Source: Stellaceae bacterium
Lineage (GTDB): Bacteria; Pseudomonadota; Alphaproteobacteria; ATCC43930; CGMCC-115725
Assembly: GCA_035504075.1 (NCBI GenBank)
Contig: DATJSO010000022.1
Location: forward strand, 697-64,696
Length of the DNA stretch: 64,000 bases
Direction: 5' to 3'
The notes under the pieces are model-generated. The model searched no databases, had not been told where the DNA came from, and worked only from the letters and a program-made list of their open reading frames with translations. The position numbers were made by a program, and so were the translations under genes. Below, piece after piece: positions 38,415 through 47,807 of this stretch (its first letter is position 1; each line of letters starts with the position of its first letter).

Positions 38415-39551
38415 TTACGCGACCCCCGCCGGCGTGCCGCCCTCCGGCGTAAAGATCGGCAGAAACACCCGGAACGCGGTACGCCGGGGCTGGCTGTCGA
38501 ACTCGATCACGCCGCCATGGTCGCCGATCGCCTTTGCCACGAGTGCAAGACCAAGGCCAGTTCCGTGCCGCTTGGTTGTGACGAACGGGTCGAACAGGTG
38601 CGGCTTCAGATCGTCGGGGATGCCGCCGCCGTTATCCGCGACCGCGACCATCAGCGGCAAATGGCGGCGCTGCTCGCTGCCCGGGGCCGCCAGACGCAGC
38701 CCGTGGCGATAGGCGGTCGTCAGCACGATCTGGCCGCCCGCCTCCGGCACTGCCTCGGCGGCGTTTTTGACGAGATTGAGAAAAACCTGCAGCAACAGGT
38801 CGCGGTCGCCGTACACCGGTGGCAGCGACGGGTCGTATTCCTCGGCAAAGGCGACATGCCGGGCAAAGCCCGATTGCGCGATCTTGCGCACGCGGTCGAG
38901 CACCTCGTGGATGTTGACCGCCTCGCGGCTGATCGCGGCATGGTCGGAAAACATGTCCATGCGATCGACCAGCGCGACGATGCGGTCGGTCTCCTCGCAG
39001 ATCAACTGGGTCAGCTCGCGGCCAGCGGTGTCGGCGTCCTGCTCCAAGAGCTGTGCGGCGCCGCGGATGCCGGACAGCGGGTTTTTGACCTCGTGCGCCA
39101 GCATCGCCGCCATCGCCGTCACCGAGCGGGCGGCGTTGAGGTGGACCAGCTGGCGGTCCATCTTGTCGGCCATCGAACGCTCATGCAGGCTCAGCACCAC
39201 AAGCCCGGAGCCTTCGCCGGCCGGCGCGCCTTCGATCGTCACCGAGCGCAAGGCAAAGCGCGGCCCCTGCAACGGCGCGTCGTATTCGGCAATCGAGCCG
39301 CCGCTGTTCCACACCGCCTCGACCAGCGCGAAAATCGGGCTGTGCGGCAGCACGAAATCGGCGAGCGGGTGACCCAACAGCGCCGCCGCGCTGACCCCGA
39401 AGAACTGCTCGCCGGCCGGGTTGACAAAGCGCACCGTACCCTCGCGGTCGAGCGCCAGCACCGGATTGGGCAGCGCCGCGACGACCGCGCCGGCGTCGGA
39501 TGCCGCCCGCGCAGCAGGGCTGTGCTTGCGCCGCGACATGGCGGCGATCAT
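38415..39551 (-). CDS. ntrB: Nitrogen regulation sensor kinase NR(II) NtrB
   Basis: PAS region, H-box [17 protein letters not shown], HATPase. ATG 39551 overlaps the dusB stop (ATGA); ATG 39539 is an alternative. Confidence 0.9.
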   Translation of the reverse strand: MIAAMSRRKHSPAARAASDAGAVVAALPNPVLALDREGTVRFVNPAGEQFFGVSAAALLGHPLADFVLPHSPIFALVEAVWNSGGSIAEYDAPLQGPRFALRSVTIEGAPAGEGSGLVVLSLHERSMADKMDRQLVHLNAARSVTAMAAMLAHEVKNPLSGIRGAAQLLEQDADTAGRELTQLICEETDRIVALVDRMDMFSDHAAISREAVNIHEVLDRVRKIAQSGFARHVAFAEEYDPSLPPVYGDRDLLLQVFLNLVKNAAEAVPEAGGQIVLTTAYRHGLRLAAPGSEQRRHLPLMVAVADNGGGIPDDLKPHLFDPFVTTKRHGTGLGLALVAKAIGDHGGVIEFDSQPRRTAFRVFLPIFTPEGGTPAGVA

Positions 39552-40534
39552 GCTGCCGCGCGATCCAAAAGCGGCTCGTAAAAGGCGCGCAGCAGCTGCC
39601 GGACCTGCGGCACGTCCTCGGTCCGGTTGACCGCGGCGCGGAACTCGGCCGAGCCCGGCAAGCCCTTGGAGTACCAGCCGAGATGCTTGCGCGCGATGCG
39701 CATGCCGACGGCGCTGCCGTAGTGGCTCAGCATCGCTTCGTAATGCCGCTGAACGACGGCGTATTGCACGGCGAGCGGCGGGTCGCCGTGACGGCGGCGC
39801 TGTCGCAGCCAATCGATGACCTGCGCGACGAACCAGGGCCGGCCATAGCAGCCGCGCCCGATCATGACCCCGTCGGCGCCGCTCTCGGCGAGCGCCCGGT
39901 CGGCCGCGTCGAGGCTCGTGATGTCGCCGTTGACGATGACCGGGATCGACACCGCCGCCTTGACCTCGCGGACAAACCGCCAATCGGCGTTGCCGGCATA
40001 GAACTGACAGCGTGTGCGGCCGTGTACGCTAACCATGCGGATGCCGCAGGCTTCGGCGATGCGGGCGAGGCGCGGCGCGTTGCGGCTCCTGTCGTCCCAG
40101 CCGGTGCGCATCTTCAGCGTCACCGGCAGATCGACCGCGTTGACCGTCGCTTCGAGAATGCGCGCGGCATGCAATTCGTCGCGCATCAGCGCCGACCCCG
40201 CATGGCCGTTCACGATCTTTTTCACCGGACAGCCGAAATTGATGTCGATCAGCCGCGCGCCGCGGTCGGCCTGCAGCCTGGCCGCTTCGGCCATGACGTG
40301 CGGCTCGCAGCCGGCGAGCTGCACCGCCATCGGCTGCTCCTCGGGGCAGCTTTGCGCCATCGTCAGCGACTGCCGCGTCTCGCGGATCGCCGCCTGGCTC
40401 GCGATCATCTCCGAGACGACCAGCGCGGCGCCCTCGTCCTTGACGAGCCGGCGGAACGGCAGATCGGTGACGCCCGACATCGGCGCCAGGATGACCGGCG
40501 CTTCGAGCGTCACTGGTCCGAGATCGATGCTCAC
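39548..40534 (-). CDS. dusB: tRNA dihydrouridine synthase B (NifR3 family)
   Basis: [20 protein letters not shown], conserved position upstream of ntrBC. Confidence 0.9.
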   Translation of the reverse strand: MSIDLGPVTLEAPVILAPMSGVTDLPFRRLVKDEGAALVVSEMIASQAAIRETRQSLTMAQSCPEEQPMAVQLAGCEPHVMAEAARLQADRGARLIDINFGCPVKKIVNGHAGSALMRDELHAARILEATVNAVDLPVTLKMRTGWDDRSRNAPRLARIAEACGIRMVSVHGRTRCQFYAGNADWRFVREVKAAVSIPVIVNGDITSLDAADRALAESGADGVMIGRGCYGRPWFVAQVIDWLRQRRRHGDPPLAVQYAVVQRHYEAMLSHYGSAVGMRIARKHLGWYSKGLPGSAEFRAAVNRTEDVPQVRQLLRAFYEPLLDRAAA

Positions 40535-40631
40535 GACTTACTCAAAAGCAGAAGGTGCCGAAATTTTAGGCAATGATTTTAACCGATCCTTTGTTGCACC
40601 GCAACATCAACGGCGCCCCCGGGAACCCGGC

Positions 40632-41639
40632 TCATTCTTCCTCTTCAGCGAAGCCGGTCAGAGCGAGCGCGCGGGCCTTGCGGCCGCGCGTCGCGGCGTA
40701 ATGCACGAGCGCCTCTTCGCGCCCGTGCGTGACCCAGATTTCGCCGGCGCCGACCTCATCGAGCGTCCGGATCAATTCGTCCCAGTCCGCGTGGTCGGAA
40801 ATGACCAGCGGCAGTTCGACGCCGCGCGCCTTGGCGCACTGCTTGACGCGCATCCAGCCCGACGCCAGCGCGGCGACGGGCTCGGGCAGCCGCCGCGTCC
40901 AGCGATCCGCCAGCGCCGCCGGCGGCGCCAGCACAATCTCGCCTTTCAGATCGTCGCGCGCGGCGTCGGTGGCCGGCAGCAGCGGCCCCAACTCGATGCC
41001 GAAGCGGCGGTAAAGCTCGGTGAGGCCGAACAGCGCACCGTGCAGGTAGACAGGCCGCTCCCAGCCTGCCGCGCGCAACAGCGCGATGACGCGCTGGCAT
41101 TTGCCGAGGGCGTAAACCCCGACGAGGTGACAGCGGTCGGGATAGAGGCGCACCGAATGCAGCAGCTTCTCGATTTCGTGGCTGTCGGGCGGGTGGCGGA
41201 ACACCGGCAGGCCGAACGTCGCTTCGGTGACGAACACGTCGCACGCCCGCGGCTCGAACGGCGCACAGGTCGGATCGCGGCGGCGCTTGTAGTCGCCGGA
41301 TATGACGACGCGGGCGCCGTCGTGCTCGATGACAAGCTGCGCGCTGCCGAGCACATGTCCCGCCGGCGCCAGCGCCAAGGCAACGTCGCCCGTTACGATA
41401 CGCTCGCCGTAAGCGGCGGCCTGCTGCGCGCCGCCGGCTGCCGCGCCGTAGCGCAGCCGCATGATCGCCAGCGTTTCGGCGGTCGCCAGCACATGGGCAT
41501 GGCCGGGCCGCGCGTGGTCGGCATGGCCGTGGGTGATGACGGCACGCCCGACCGGCGCGACGGGATCGATATGGAAATCGCCGGGTTCGCAGTAAAGCCC
41601 GGCCAGCGTCGGGCGCAGCCAAGTCTCGGGGTGCGGCAT
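40632..41639 (-). CDS. Ligase-associated DNA damage response exonuclease-like (MBL/beta-CASP fold)
   Basis: LRPTLAGLYCEPGDFHIDPVAPVGRAVITHGHADHAR matches my recollection of this family's N-terminus; 335 aa. Confidence 0.72.
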   Translation of the reverse strand: MPHPETWLRPTLAGLYCEPGDFHIDPVAPVGRAVITHGHADHARPGHAHVLATAETLAIMRLRYGAAAGGAQQAAAYGERIVTGDVALALAPAGHVLGSAQLVIEHDGARVVISGDYKRRRDPTCAPFEPRACDVFVTEATFGLPVFRHPPDSHEIEKLLHSVRLYPDRCHLVGVYALGKCQRVIALLRAAGWERPVYLHGALFGLTELYRRFGIELGPLLPATDAARDDLKGEIVLAPPAALADRWTRRLPEPVAALASGWMRVKQCAKARGVELPLVISDHADWDELIRTLDEVGAGEIWVTHGREEALVHYAATRGRKARALALTGFAEEEE

Positions 41640-41704
41640 GCCGCCATATGTTGGCGCCTATGCCCCGACCGCAAGCGACCGCCGCGAATTTGCGGCGGCG
41701 GCGA

Positions 41705-41851
41705 TTACCAGATCAGTTGCGTCGCGGTGAAGATCAGCACCGCCGCCAGCAGCACCAGCTCGGTGACCGAACCCTTCTTCGTGGGCTGCACGCTCGGGGC
41801 GCTCCGGAACAACTCGCGCTCGCTGGCGCCTGGATAGCTCGCTCGCGACAT
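41705..41851 (-). CDS. Hypothetical small tail-anchored membrane protein (48 aa)
   Basis: MSRASYPGASE...KKGSVTELVLLAAVLIFTATQLIW has one C-terminal TM helix. No family recognised; coding status uncertain. Confidence 0.35.
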   Translation of the reverse strand: MSRASYPGASERELFRSAPSVQPTKKGSVTELVLLAAVLIFTATQLIW

Positions 41852-42023
41852 CGTCGTACCGTCCTCGAAAAATGGTAAAGGAAAATCAACCTTCACGAAA
41901 GATTGCGCCGACAGCTCCGAGACTGCAACAGGCGAGATAACAATATCGGCCAGAATAAGCGCCGGTTTTTATGCAATTTTTATGCTTTTGTGCGGCGGCG
42001 CGCGGCAGCAGCCGCGGCCGGGT

Positions 42024-43031
42024 CTACGGGCGCAGCAGGCCGGCGATGTCCTGCACCTCGCGCAGCACCGGCAGCGCAATCGCGGCGGCGCGTTCGGCGC
42101 CGCGCCGCAGCACGGCGTCGATATGGCCGGGGTCGGCCATCAACCGGCGCATTTCGTCGCCGACGCGGCCCAGCACCTCGACCGCGATCTCCGACAGCGC
42201 CTCCTTGAAGCGCGAGAAATTCTGCCCGGCAAAGCGGCCCAGCGCCGCCTCGCGGCCCAACCCGGCCAACGCCGCATAGATGCCGACGAGATTGTCGGCT
42301 TCGGGCCGCGTTTCCAGCGCCGCAAGCGTATCGGGCAAGGGCTCCGGATCGGTCTTGGCGCGGCGGATCTTCAGCGCGATCGCGTCGGCGTCGTCGGTCA
42401 TGTTGAGGCGCGAATAGTCCGAGGTGTCGGATTTCGACATTTTTTTCGTGCCGTCGCGCAGGCTCATCACGCGCGTCCCCTCGCCGAAGATGAGCGGCTC
42501 GGGCAACGGGAAAAACTCGCGCTCGTACCGCCGGTTAAACGCGCCGGCGATGTCGCGGGCCAGTTCGACATGCTGCTTCTGGTCTTCGCCGACCGGCACG
42601 TGCGTCGCCTTGTAGCCCAGGATGTCGGCCGCCATCAGCACCGGATAGGCGTAAAGGCCGAGGCCGGCGAGCTCGCGCTGTTTACCCGCCTTTTCTTTGA
42701 ACTGCGTCATCCGATTGAGCCAGCCCATCGGCGTCACGCAGCCGAGTATCCAAGCCAGTTCGGAATGGGCGCTGACCGTGCTCTGGTTGAAGATGATGCA
42801 ACGCTCGGGATCGACGCCGGCGGCGATGTAGGCGGCCGTCACCTCGCGCGTCGAATGGCGCAATTCGATCGGATCCAGCGATTGGGTCAACGCATGGAGG
42901 TCGACGACGCAATAGATGCACTCGTAGTCTCGCTGCAGCGCGACCCAGTTGCGGATCGCCCCGAGGTAGTTGCCGAGATGCAGGTTGCCGGTCGGCTGGA
43001 TGCCGGAAAAAATGCGATTTGCGGTGTTCAT
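42024..43031 (-). CDS. trpS: Tryptophanyl-tRNA synthetase
   Basis: [19 protein letters not shown] (HIGH-type) and KMSKSD motifs; 335 aa. Confidence 0.95.
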   Translation of the reverse strand: MNTANRIFSGIQPTGNLHLGNYLGAIRNWVALQRDYECIYCVVDLHALTQSLDPIELRHSTREVTAAYIAAGVDPERCIIFNQSTVSAHSELAWILGCVTPMGWLNRMTQFKEKAGKQRELAGLGLYAYPVLMAADILGYKATHVPVGEDQKQHVELARDIAGAFNRRYEREFFPLPEPLIFGEGTRVMSLRDGTKKMSKSDTSDYSRLNMTDDADAIALKIRRAKTDPEPLPDTLAALETRPEADNLVGIYAALAGLGREAALGRFAGQNFSRFKEALSEIAVEVLGRVGDEMRRLMADPGHIDAVLRRGAERAAAIALPVLREVQDIAGLLRP

Positions 43032-43064
43032 CGAAGGCCTCGTAACGCGCCGGCGCCGTCAGGG

Positions 43065-44618
43065 TCAAGCCGGACGAAAACGCCGCAGGCGGCTGCGCAG
43101 TTCGCGCCACTCGGCGACGCCGAGAGCGAGCGCGACGACGGTGAACGAGACAAGCCCGGCCGCGACCAGCGTCGCAAGCGCGAGGATGCGCATCCCCGGC
43201 GCGCCTGCCAGCGTCGGAGCAAGCATGTCGCGCAAACCCCACAAGGCGAGCGCCATGATTGCAGTCGCCGCCGCGATGCGCGGAATCTTCGTCGCGGCGC
43301 GGCGGTCGAGGCGGAAGTGGCCGTGCCGGCCGAGCAGCACGAACAGCGTCGCGGCCTGCATCCAGCCGGCAGCCGACAGCGCGATCGCGATGCCGACATG
43401 TGCGAGGTACTGCATCAGGATCAAGGTCAGCACCAGATTCAGCGCCAATGCCGCGATCGCCACCTTGACCGGGGTTTTCGTATTGCGATGCGCGAAAAAT
43501 CCGGGCGCCAGCACCTTGACCAGTACGAAGGCCGGCAGGCCCGCAGCATAGGCGGCGAGCGCCGCCGCCGTCGCCCGCGTCTGCAGCGGGCCGAACGCGC
43601 CGCGCTGGAACAGCGCGGCGAGGATCGGCTCGGCCAGCACGATCAGCGCCGCCGCCGCCGGCAGCGTCAAGAGCAGCGCCAGTTCGATGCCGCGGTTCTG
43701 CGTCGTGATCGCGCCGTCGCGGTCGCCGTTGCGCACTTGGCGCGACAGCGGCGGCAGGATGGCCGTCCCGACCGCAATCCCGACCACGCCGAGCGGTAGC
43801 TGGTTGAGCCGGTCGGCGTAATAGAGGTAGGACACCGAGCCACTCGGCAGCAGCGAGGCGAGCGCCGTCGAGATCAGCAGGTTGAGTTGTGTCACGCCGG
43901 CGCCGACGATGCCGGGCGCCATGATCCGCAGCGTTTCGCGCACCCGCGCCGTCAGCCGCGGCCGGCGCAGCCGCAGCCGCATGCCGGCGCGGCCGCACGA
44001 TGCCATCAGCCAGAGGAATTGCGCCACCCCCGCCGCCGTCAGCGCGACGGCCAGGATATGCCCGCCGGTCCAGCCGAAATGCGCCATCGCAACAAGGCCG
44101 GCGATCAGGAACAGGTTGAGCAGGATCGGTGTCGCCGCCGGCGCCGCGAAACGCTCGACGGTATTGAGAAGACCGCCTTGCAGCGCCGTCAGCGAGATGA
44201 ACAAAAGATAAGGAAACGTGATGCGGGTCAAGTCGATGACGAGGCGGAACTTCGCCGGGTCGCGCTCAAAACCCGGTGCGATGACGCGCAACACCCACGG
44301 CATGAAAATTTCGCCCGCCAGCACGAACAGCAGCAGCGCCGCGAACAGGACCGCGAATGCTTCTTCGGCAAATGCGCGCGCCGCCTCCCTGCCGCCTTCG
44401 GTCAGCGCGCTCGATGCAAGCGGCACGAAGGCGGCGCTGAAGGCACCCTCGGCAAACAGGCTGCGGAACAGGTTGGGCAGCCGCTGCGCGACAAAGAATG
44501 CGTCGGCGACCGGCCCGGCGCCGAGGATCGCGGCCGTCAGGATGTCGCGGACAAATCCGAGAACGCGGCTGACCAGCGTGTACGAGCCGACCGTCGCGGC
44601 GGCGCGGAGCAATGCCAT
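43065..44618 (-). CDS. murJ: Lipid II flippase MurJ (MviN)
   Basis: SRVLGFVRDILTAAILGAGPVADAFFVAQRLPNLFR N-terminus, about 14 TM segments, 517 aa. Confidence 0.93.
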   Translation of the reverse strand: MALLRAAATVGSYTLVSRVLGFVRDILTAAILGAGPVADAFFVAQRLPNLFRSLFAEGAFSAAFVPLASSALTEGGREAARAFAEEAFAVLFAALLLFVLAGEIFMPWVLRVIAPGFERDPAKFRLVIDLTRITFPYLLFISLTALQGGLLNTVERFAAPAATPILLNLFLIAGLVAMAHFGWTGGHILAVALTAAGVAQFLWLMASCGRAGMRLRLRRPRLTARVRETLRIMAPGIVGAGVTQLNLLISTALASLLPSGSVSYLYYADRLNQLPLGVVGIAVGTAILPPLSRQVRNGDRDGAITTQNRGIELALLLTLPAAAALIVLAEPILAALFQRGAFGPLQTRATAAALAAYAAGLPAFVLVKVLAPGFFAHRNTKTPVKVAIAALALNLVLTLILMQYLAHVGIAIALSAAGWMQAATLFVLLGRHGHFRLDRRAATKIPRIAAATAIMALALWGLRDMLAPTLAGAPGMRILALATLVAAGLVSFTVVALALGVAEWRELRSRLRRFRPA

Positions 44619-44672
44619 GCAGACCGGGGTTTAGCTGAAAAGCGCCAATAAGAAAACGCCGGGGTCGGACGG

Positions 44673-44738
44673 CGATTGCCGGCGCTCGCAATCGGCCGCC
44701 ATCGTCGTCATTGCGGCGGGCGCAGCGACGACGCAATC
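44673..44738. repeat. REP-like fragments (hairpin CGATTGC-N8-GCAATCG plus a solo arm GTCATTGCGGCGGGCGCAGCGACGACGCAATC)
   Basis: The arm at 44707-44738 aligns with the left arm of the element at 1385-1466. Lies in the murJ/dapB divergent intergenic region. Confidence 0.35.
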
Positions 44739-44768
44739 TCGCTTCGGTGGCTGAGGCAGGAGAGCGCG

Positions 44769-45575
44769 ATGGCGAAGACGAGGATCGGAGTGATCGGCTG
44801 CGCCGGCCGCATGGGTCGCATGCTGATCCGCGAGATCGCCGGCACCGAAGGATGCGCGCTGGCCGGCGGCACCGTTCGCTCAGGCGGCGCCGCGCTCGGC
44901 CAGGATCTAGGGGTGCTCGGAACGCTTGGCCGTCTCGGCTTGGCGGCGACCGATGATCCCGAGCAACTGCTGCGCAGCAGCGACGTCGCGATCGAATTCA
45001 CCGCCCCGGCCGCAACCGCCGAGCATGCCGCATTGGCGGCGCGGGTCGGCACGCCGCTCGTCATCGGCACGACCGCGCTCGACGCGCGCGAGGCGGCGGC
45101 GGTGCGCGACGCCGCCCAGAGCGTGCCAATCGTCTGGGCAGCCAACACCAGCCTCGGCATCAACATCCTGTTGGGTCTCGTTGAACAGGTCGCGCAGCGG
45201 CTCGGGCCGGAATGGGACATCGAAATCCTCGAGATGCATCATCGGCAGAAGGTCGATGCGCCGTCCGGCACCGCGCTCGCTCTCGGCGCCGCCGCCGCTG
45301 CGGGCCGCGGCGTCTCGCTCGACGAGGCGGCGGTACGCGGCCGCGACGGCATCACCGGGCCGCGCCGATCCGGTGCGATCGGCTTTGCCGCGCTGCGCGG
45401 CGGCGACAATATCGGCGAGCACCACATATTCTTCTCCGGCACCGGCGAGCAGCTTGCGCTGTCGCATCGCGCCTCCCACCGCGGCATCTACGCCACCGGC
45501 GCGGTGCGCGCCGCGCGCTGGGTTGTCGGCCGTTCGCCCGGGCTTTACGGCATGCGGGAAGTGCTGGGTCTGTAG
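44769..45575 (+). CDS. dapB: 4-hydroxy-tetrahydrodipicolinate reductase
   Basis: RIGVIGCAGRMGRML, EMHHRQKVDAPSGTA; start at ATG 44769. Confidence 0.93.
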   Translation: MAKTRIGVIGCAGRMGRMLIREIAGTEGCALAGGTVRSGGAALGQDLGVLGTLGRLGLAATDDPEQLLRSSDVAIEFTAPAATAEHAALAARVGTPLVIGTTALDAREAAAVRDAAQSVPIVWAANTSLGINILLGLVEQVAQRLGPEWDIEILEMHHRQKVDAPSGTALALGAAAAAGRGVSLDEAAVRGRDGITGPRRSGAIGFAALRGGDNIGEHHIFFSGTGEQLALSHRASHRGIYATGAVRAARWVVGRSPGLYGMREVLGL

Positions 45576-45581
45576 AGCCGA

Positions 45582-46259
45582 TTACGCGCCACGCTCGCGG
45601 CGACCGTCCGATCTCGCAACGGCAAGGAGTTCCGGCTCGCCGCGCCCGAACCCGCAAGCGACCGCCAAGCGTATCAGATCCGCCATCCGCGGCGTGGCCA
45701 GTTTGGCCTTGAGTTGGCTGCACCGGTTCGCGACGGTCTTGTAGCTGACGCCGATCGCCCGCGCGATCTCGGTCAGGCTGCCGCCGTCGGCGAGGAGGCG
45801 CAGAATTTCGAGATCGCGCGGCGACAGGTCGTTCAGCGACGGGCTGGCGCGATGATGCCCCAGCGCCAATTCCTGCGCAGTCTCGGCGTCGATGTAGCTG
45901 CGCCCCGCGGCCACCCGGCGGGTTGCTTCCAGGATCTGCTCCGGCGGCGCGTTCTTGCTGACAAAGCCGCGCGCGCCGGCGTCGAGCACCCGCGCCACGT
46001 AAACCGGGTTGTCATACATGCTGACAACCAATATCGGCACCTTGGGATTGGCGATCCTGAGCCGGCCAAGCAGCTCCAACCCGCTGATGCCGGGCAGATT
46101 GAGATCGAGGATGACGAGTTGCGGGCTCTCCTCGCGGAACGCGGCAACCGCCTCCTGGCCGCTGGCGGCCTCGGCGATCTCCCATTGCGGCTCGACGCCG
46201 AGGAGCCGATGCAACCCCGCACGGACGATCGGATGATCGTCGACGATCAGTATCTTCAT
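45582..46259 (-). CDS. NarL/FixJ (LuxR)-family response regulator
   Basis: MKILIVDDHPIVR REC domain with an intact acceptor context (VILDLNLPG) and a C-terminal LuxR HTH (LSPRDLEILRLLADGGSLTEIA). Confidence 0.88.
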   Translation of the reverse strand: MKILIVDDHPIVRAGLHRLLGVEPQWEIAEAASGQEAVAAFREESPQLVILDLNLPGISGLELLGRLRIANPKVPILVVSMYDNPVYVARVLDAGARGFVSKNAPPEQILEATRRVAAGRSYIDAETAQELALGHHRASPSLNDLSPRDLEILRLLADGGSLTEIARAIGVSYKTVANRCSQLKAKLATPRMADLIRLAVACGFGRGEPELLAVARSDGRRERGA

Positions 46260-47629
46260 GACACTGCCTCCGGCCGTGCACACGGCAGTGCGGCGCGGAC
46301 GGCGAGGCCGCCGGCCGGCCGGTTGGCAAGGGTCAGCCGGCCGCCCGCCGCGCGCACCCGCTCGGCCATGCCGATCAGCCCATACCCGGGCGCGGCTTCG
46401 TCGGGCAGGCCGCGACCGTCATCGGTCACCGCAACCGATATCTCGTCATCGGCGGCATTGTGCGCGACCTCGATCGCGATCGTCGTCGGGCGGCCGTGCC
46501 GCACCGCGTTGTTGAGGCATTCCTGCACGACCCGGTACACGGTCATGTCGAGGCCGGCGCGCAATCCGTCGCAGCCCGCCGCGACGACACAGCGAAACTC
46601 GATCTCGGGCTGCCGCCGGCGCCAGAAACCGACCAGCCCATGCAATGCTTCAGCGAGGCCGAACTCGGCCAGGGCGATCGGGCGCAGCCGCCCGAGCATG
46701 CCGCGGACGTGGCGCTGCAGCTGCTGCGCCGCCTCGGCAATCGAGCGCAACGGCGCGACCAGCCCGTCGCTGCCGCTTTCGCTCACCAAACGCATCATCG
46801 TGCCGACATCAACGCCGATCGCGAACAGCAGAGGTCCCACCTCGTCGTGCAGGTCGCGCGCCAGGTCGCTGCGCTCCTCTTCCTGGAGCGTTGACATCTG
46901 CTCCGTCAGCCGTCGGTTGTTGGCGTCGGCCGCGGCAAGGCGCGCCGCCATCAGGTTGAAGCTGTCGCGCAGGCGAGCCAATTCCGGCGTCAGCCGTCCG
47001 CCGATACGCAGCGTCTCGTAATCGCCGCGGCCGACCTGCTCCAGCGCCAGGGCCAGCCGGTCGAGCGGGCGCAGTGCCCGGCCGGTAAACAGATAGATCA
47101 CCCCGACCGTCAGCCCGCAGAACAGCATCAGCACAAGAAATCCGCTGCTCAATTCGGTCCACGCCTCGAGGAGTTCGTTCGTCGGATCTGTCTCGATGAC
47201 GACCGTGCCCAGCGAGCGCCCGGCGATCGTCAGCGGCACCCGCGCGGCTTGCGGCTCAACCCCGACCAGCCAGGCGAACCACGCCGGCGCCTGCCGGAAC
47301 GGCGGATGCGCGCGGACCGGGTCGATGCGCAGGTTGAGATCGCGGCCGATTGCCAGTACCCGCAGGTGCCGGCCGCCCTTGAAGGGGGCGATGAGCGCCT
47401 CGACAACCCGCCGCGGGCCGGCCTTGCTGTCGATCTCGCGCTGCAACCCGGTGTGGCGACCGATATCGCGCAAGCCGGCATCGATCGTCTGCCGGCCGAC
47501 CTCGAGCGCGGCGCGCATCTCGTTCCGCACCGAGCGTTTTGCGTTGACCAGGACAACGGCGCCGCCGAGGGCCAGGCTCGTCAGCAGCGCGACAATCACC
47601 CATGCGACCAGGCGGGACCGCAACAGCAT
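46256..47629 (-). CDS. Sensor histidine kinase: TM, periplasmic LapD/MoxY-N-like domain, TM, HAMP, HisKA_3, HATPase
   Basis: HAMP (RPLDRLALALEQVGRGDY), HisKA_3 H-box (ERSDLARDLHDEVGP) and HATPase (DDGRGL, GYGLIGMAERV). I start it at ATG 47629 (MLLRSRLVAWVIV...). Confidence 0.85.
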   Translation of the reverse strand: MLLRSRLVAWVIVALLTSLALGGAVVLVNAKRSVRNEMRAALEVGRQTIDAGLRDIGRHTGLQREIDSKAGPRRVVEALIAPFKGGRHLRVLAIGRDLNLRIDPVRAHPPFRQAPAWFAWLVGVEPQAARVPLTIAGRSLGTVVIETDPTNELLEAWTELSSGFLVLMLFCGLTVGVIYLFTGRALRPLDRLALALEQVGRGDYETLRIGGRLTPELARLRDSFNLMAARLAAADANNRRLTEQMSTLQEEERSDLARDLHDEVGPLLFAIGVDVGTMMRLVSESGSDGLVAPLRSIAEAAQQLQRHVRGMLGRLRPIALAEFGLAEALHGLVGFWRRRQPEIEFRCVVAAGCDGLRAGLDMTVYRVVQECLNNAVRHGRPTTIAIEVAHNAADDEISVAVTDDGRGLPDEAAPGYGLIGMAERVRAAGGRLTLANRPAGGLAVRAALPCARPEAVS

Positions 47630-47704
47630 GACCGACCTCCCGGCGCGGCACCTGCCCGCTAACCGCGATGCCGCGACGGCACCGGCCGCATCTTCGCCCG
47701 GACC

Positions 47705-47740
47705 GCGAAAATCGGGAAGTTTTCCTTGCGAAATCGGGAA
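47705..47740. repeat. Direct repeat GCGAAAATCGGGAA (47705-47718) / GCGAAATCGGGAA (47728-47740) in the kinase/receptor divergent promoter region
   Basis: Read directly; 23-nt spacing. About 70-100 nt upstream of both divergent start codons. Candidate response-regulator binding site (inference). Confidence 0.45.
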
Positions 47741-47807
47741 TGTCGGCCATGGCCGCCGCGGCAGCGAGGTGTAGAAATAGGCGAACCCAAAAAGGTGGAG
47801 GGGCGCC

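Noticed and set aside
40239-40252. Near-consensus FNR-like box TTGATGTCGATCAG.
   Set aside because: It lies inside the dusB coding sequence and has a mismatch in the second half-site, so it is most likely fortuitous.
40548-40559. Sigma-54-like GGCAC...TGC element (minus strand GGCACCTTCTGC) upstream of dusB.
   Set aside because: The GG and GC dinucleotides are 2 nt closer together than in the TGGCAC-N5-TTGC consensus, and no enhancer-binding context is evident.
41940-41990. T-rich direct repeat TTTTTATGC x2 between trpS and the small membrane ORF, considered as a possible sRNA or terminator.
   Set aside because: The adjacent stems are only weak (3-5 bp). It is most simply an AT-rich promoter or 3' region, and the sequence alone gives no further support.
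47630-47807. Cobalamin or other riboswitch, Fur box, or Irr ICE box (a TAGAA half-site at about 47772) upstream of the TonB-dependent receptor.
   Set aside because: There is no B12-box-like GCCACTG core or conserved riboswitch helices, only a half-match to the ICE dyad (TTTAGAA-N3-TTCTAAA), and no Fur-type 19-mer.
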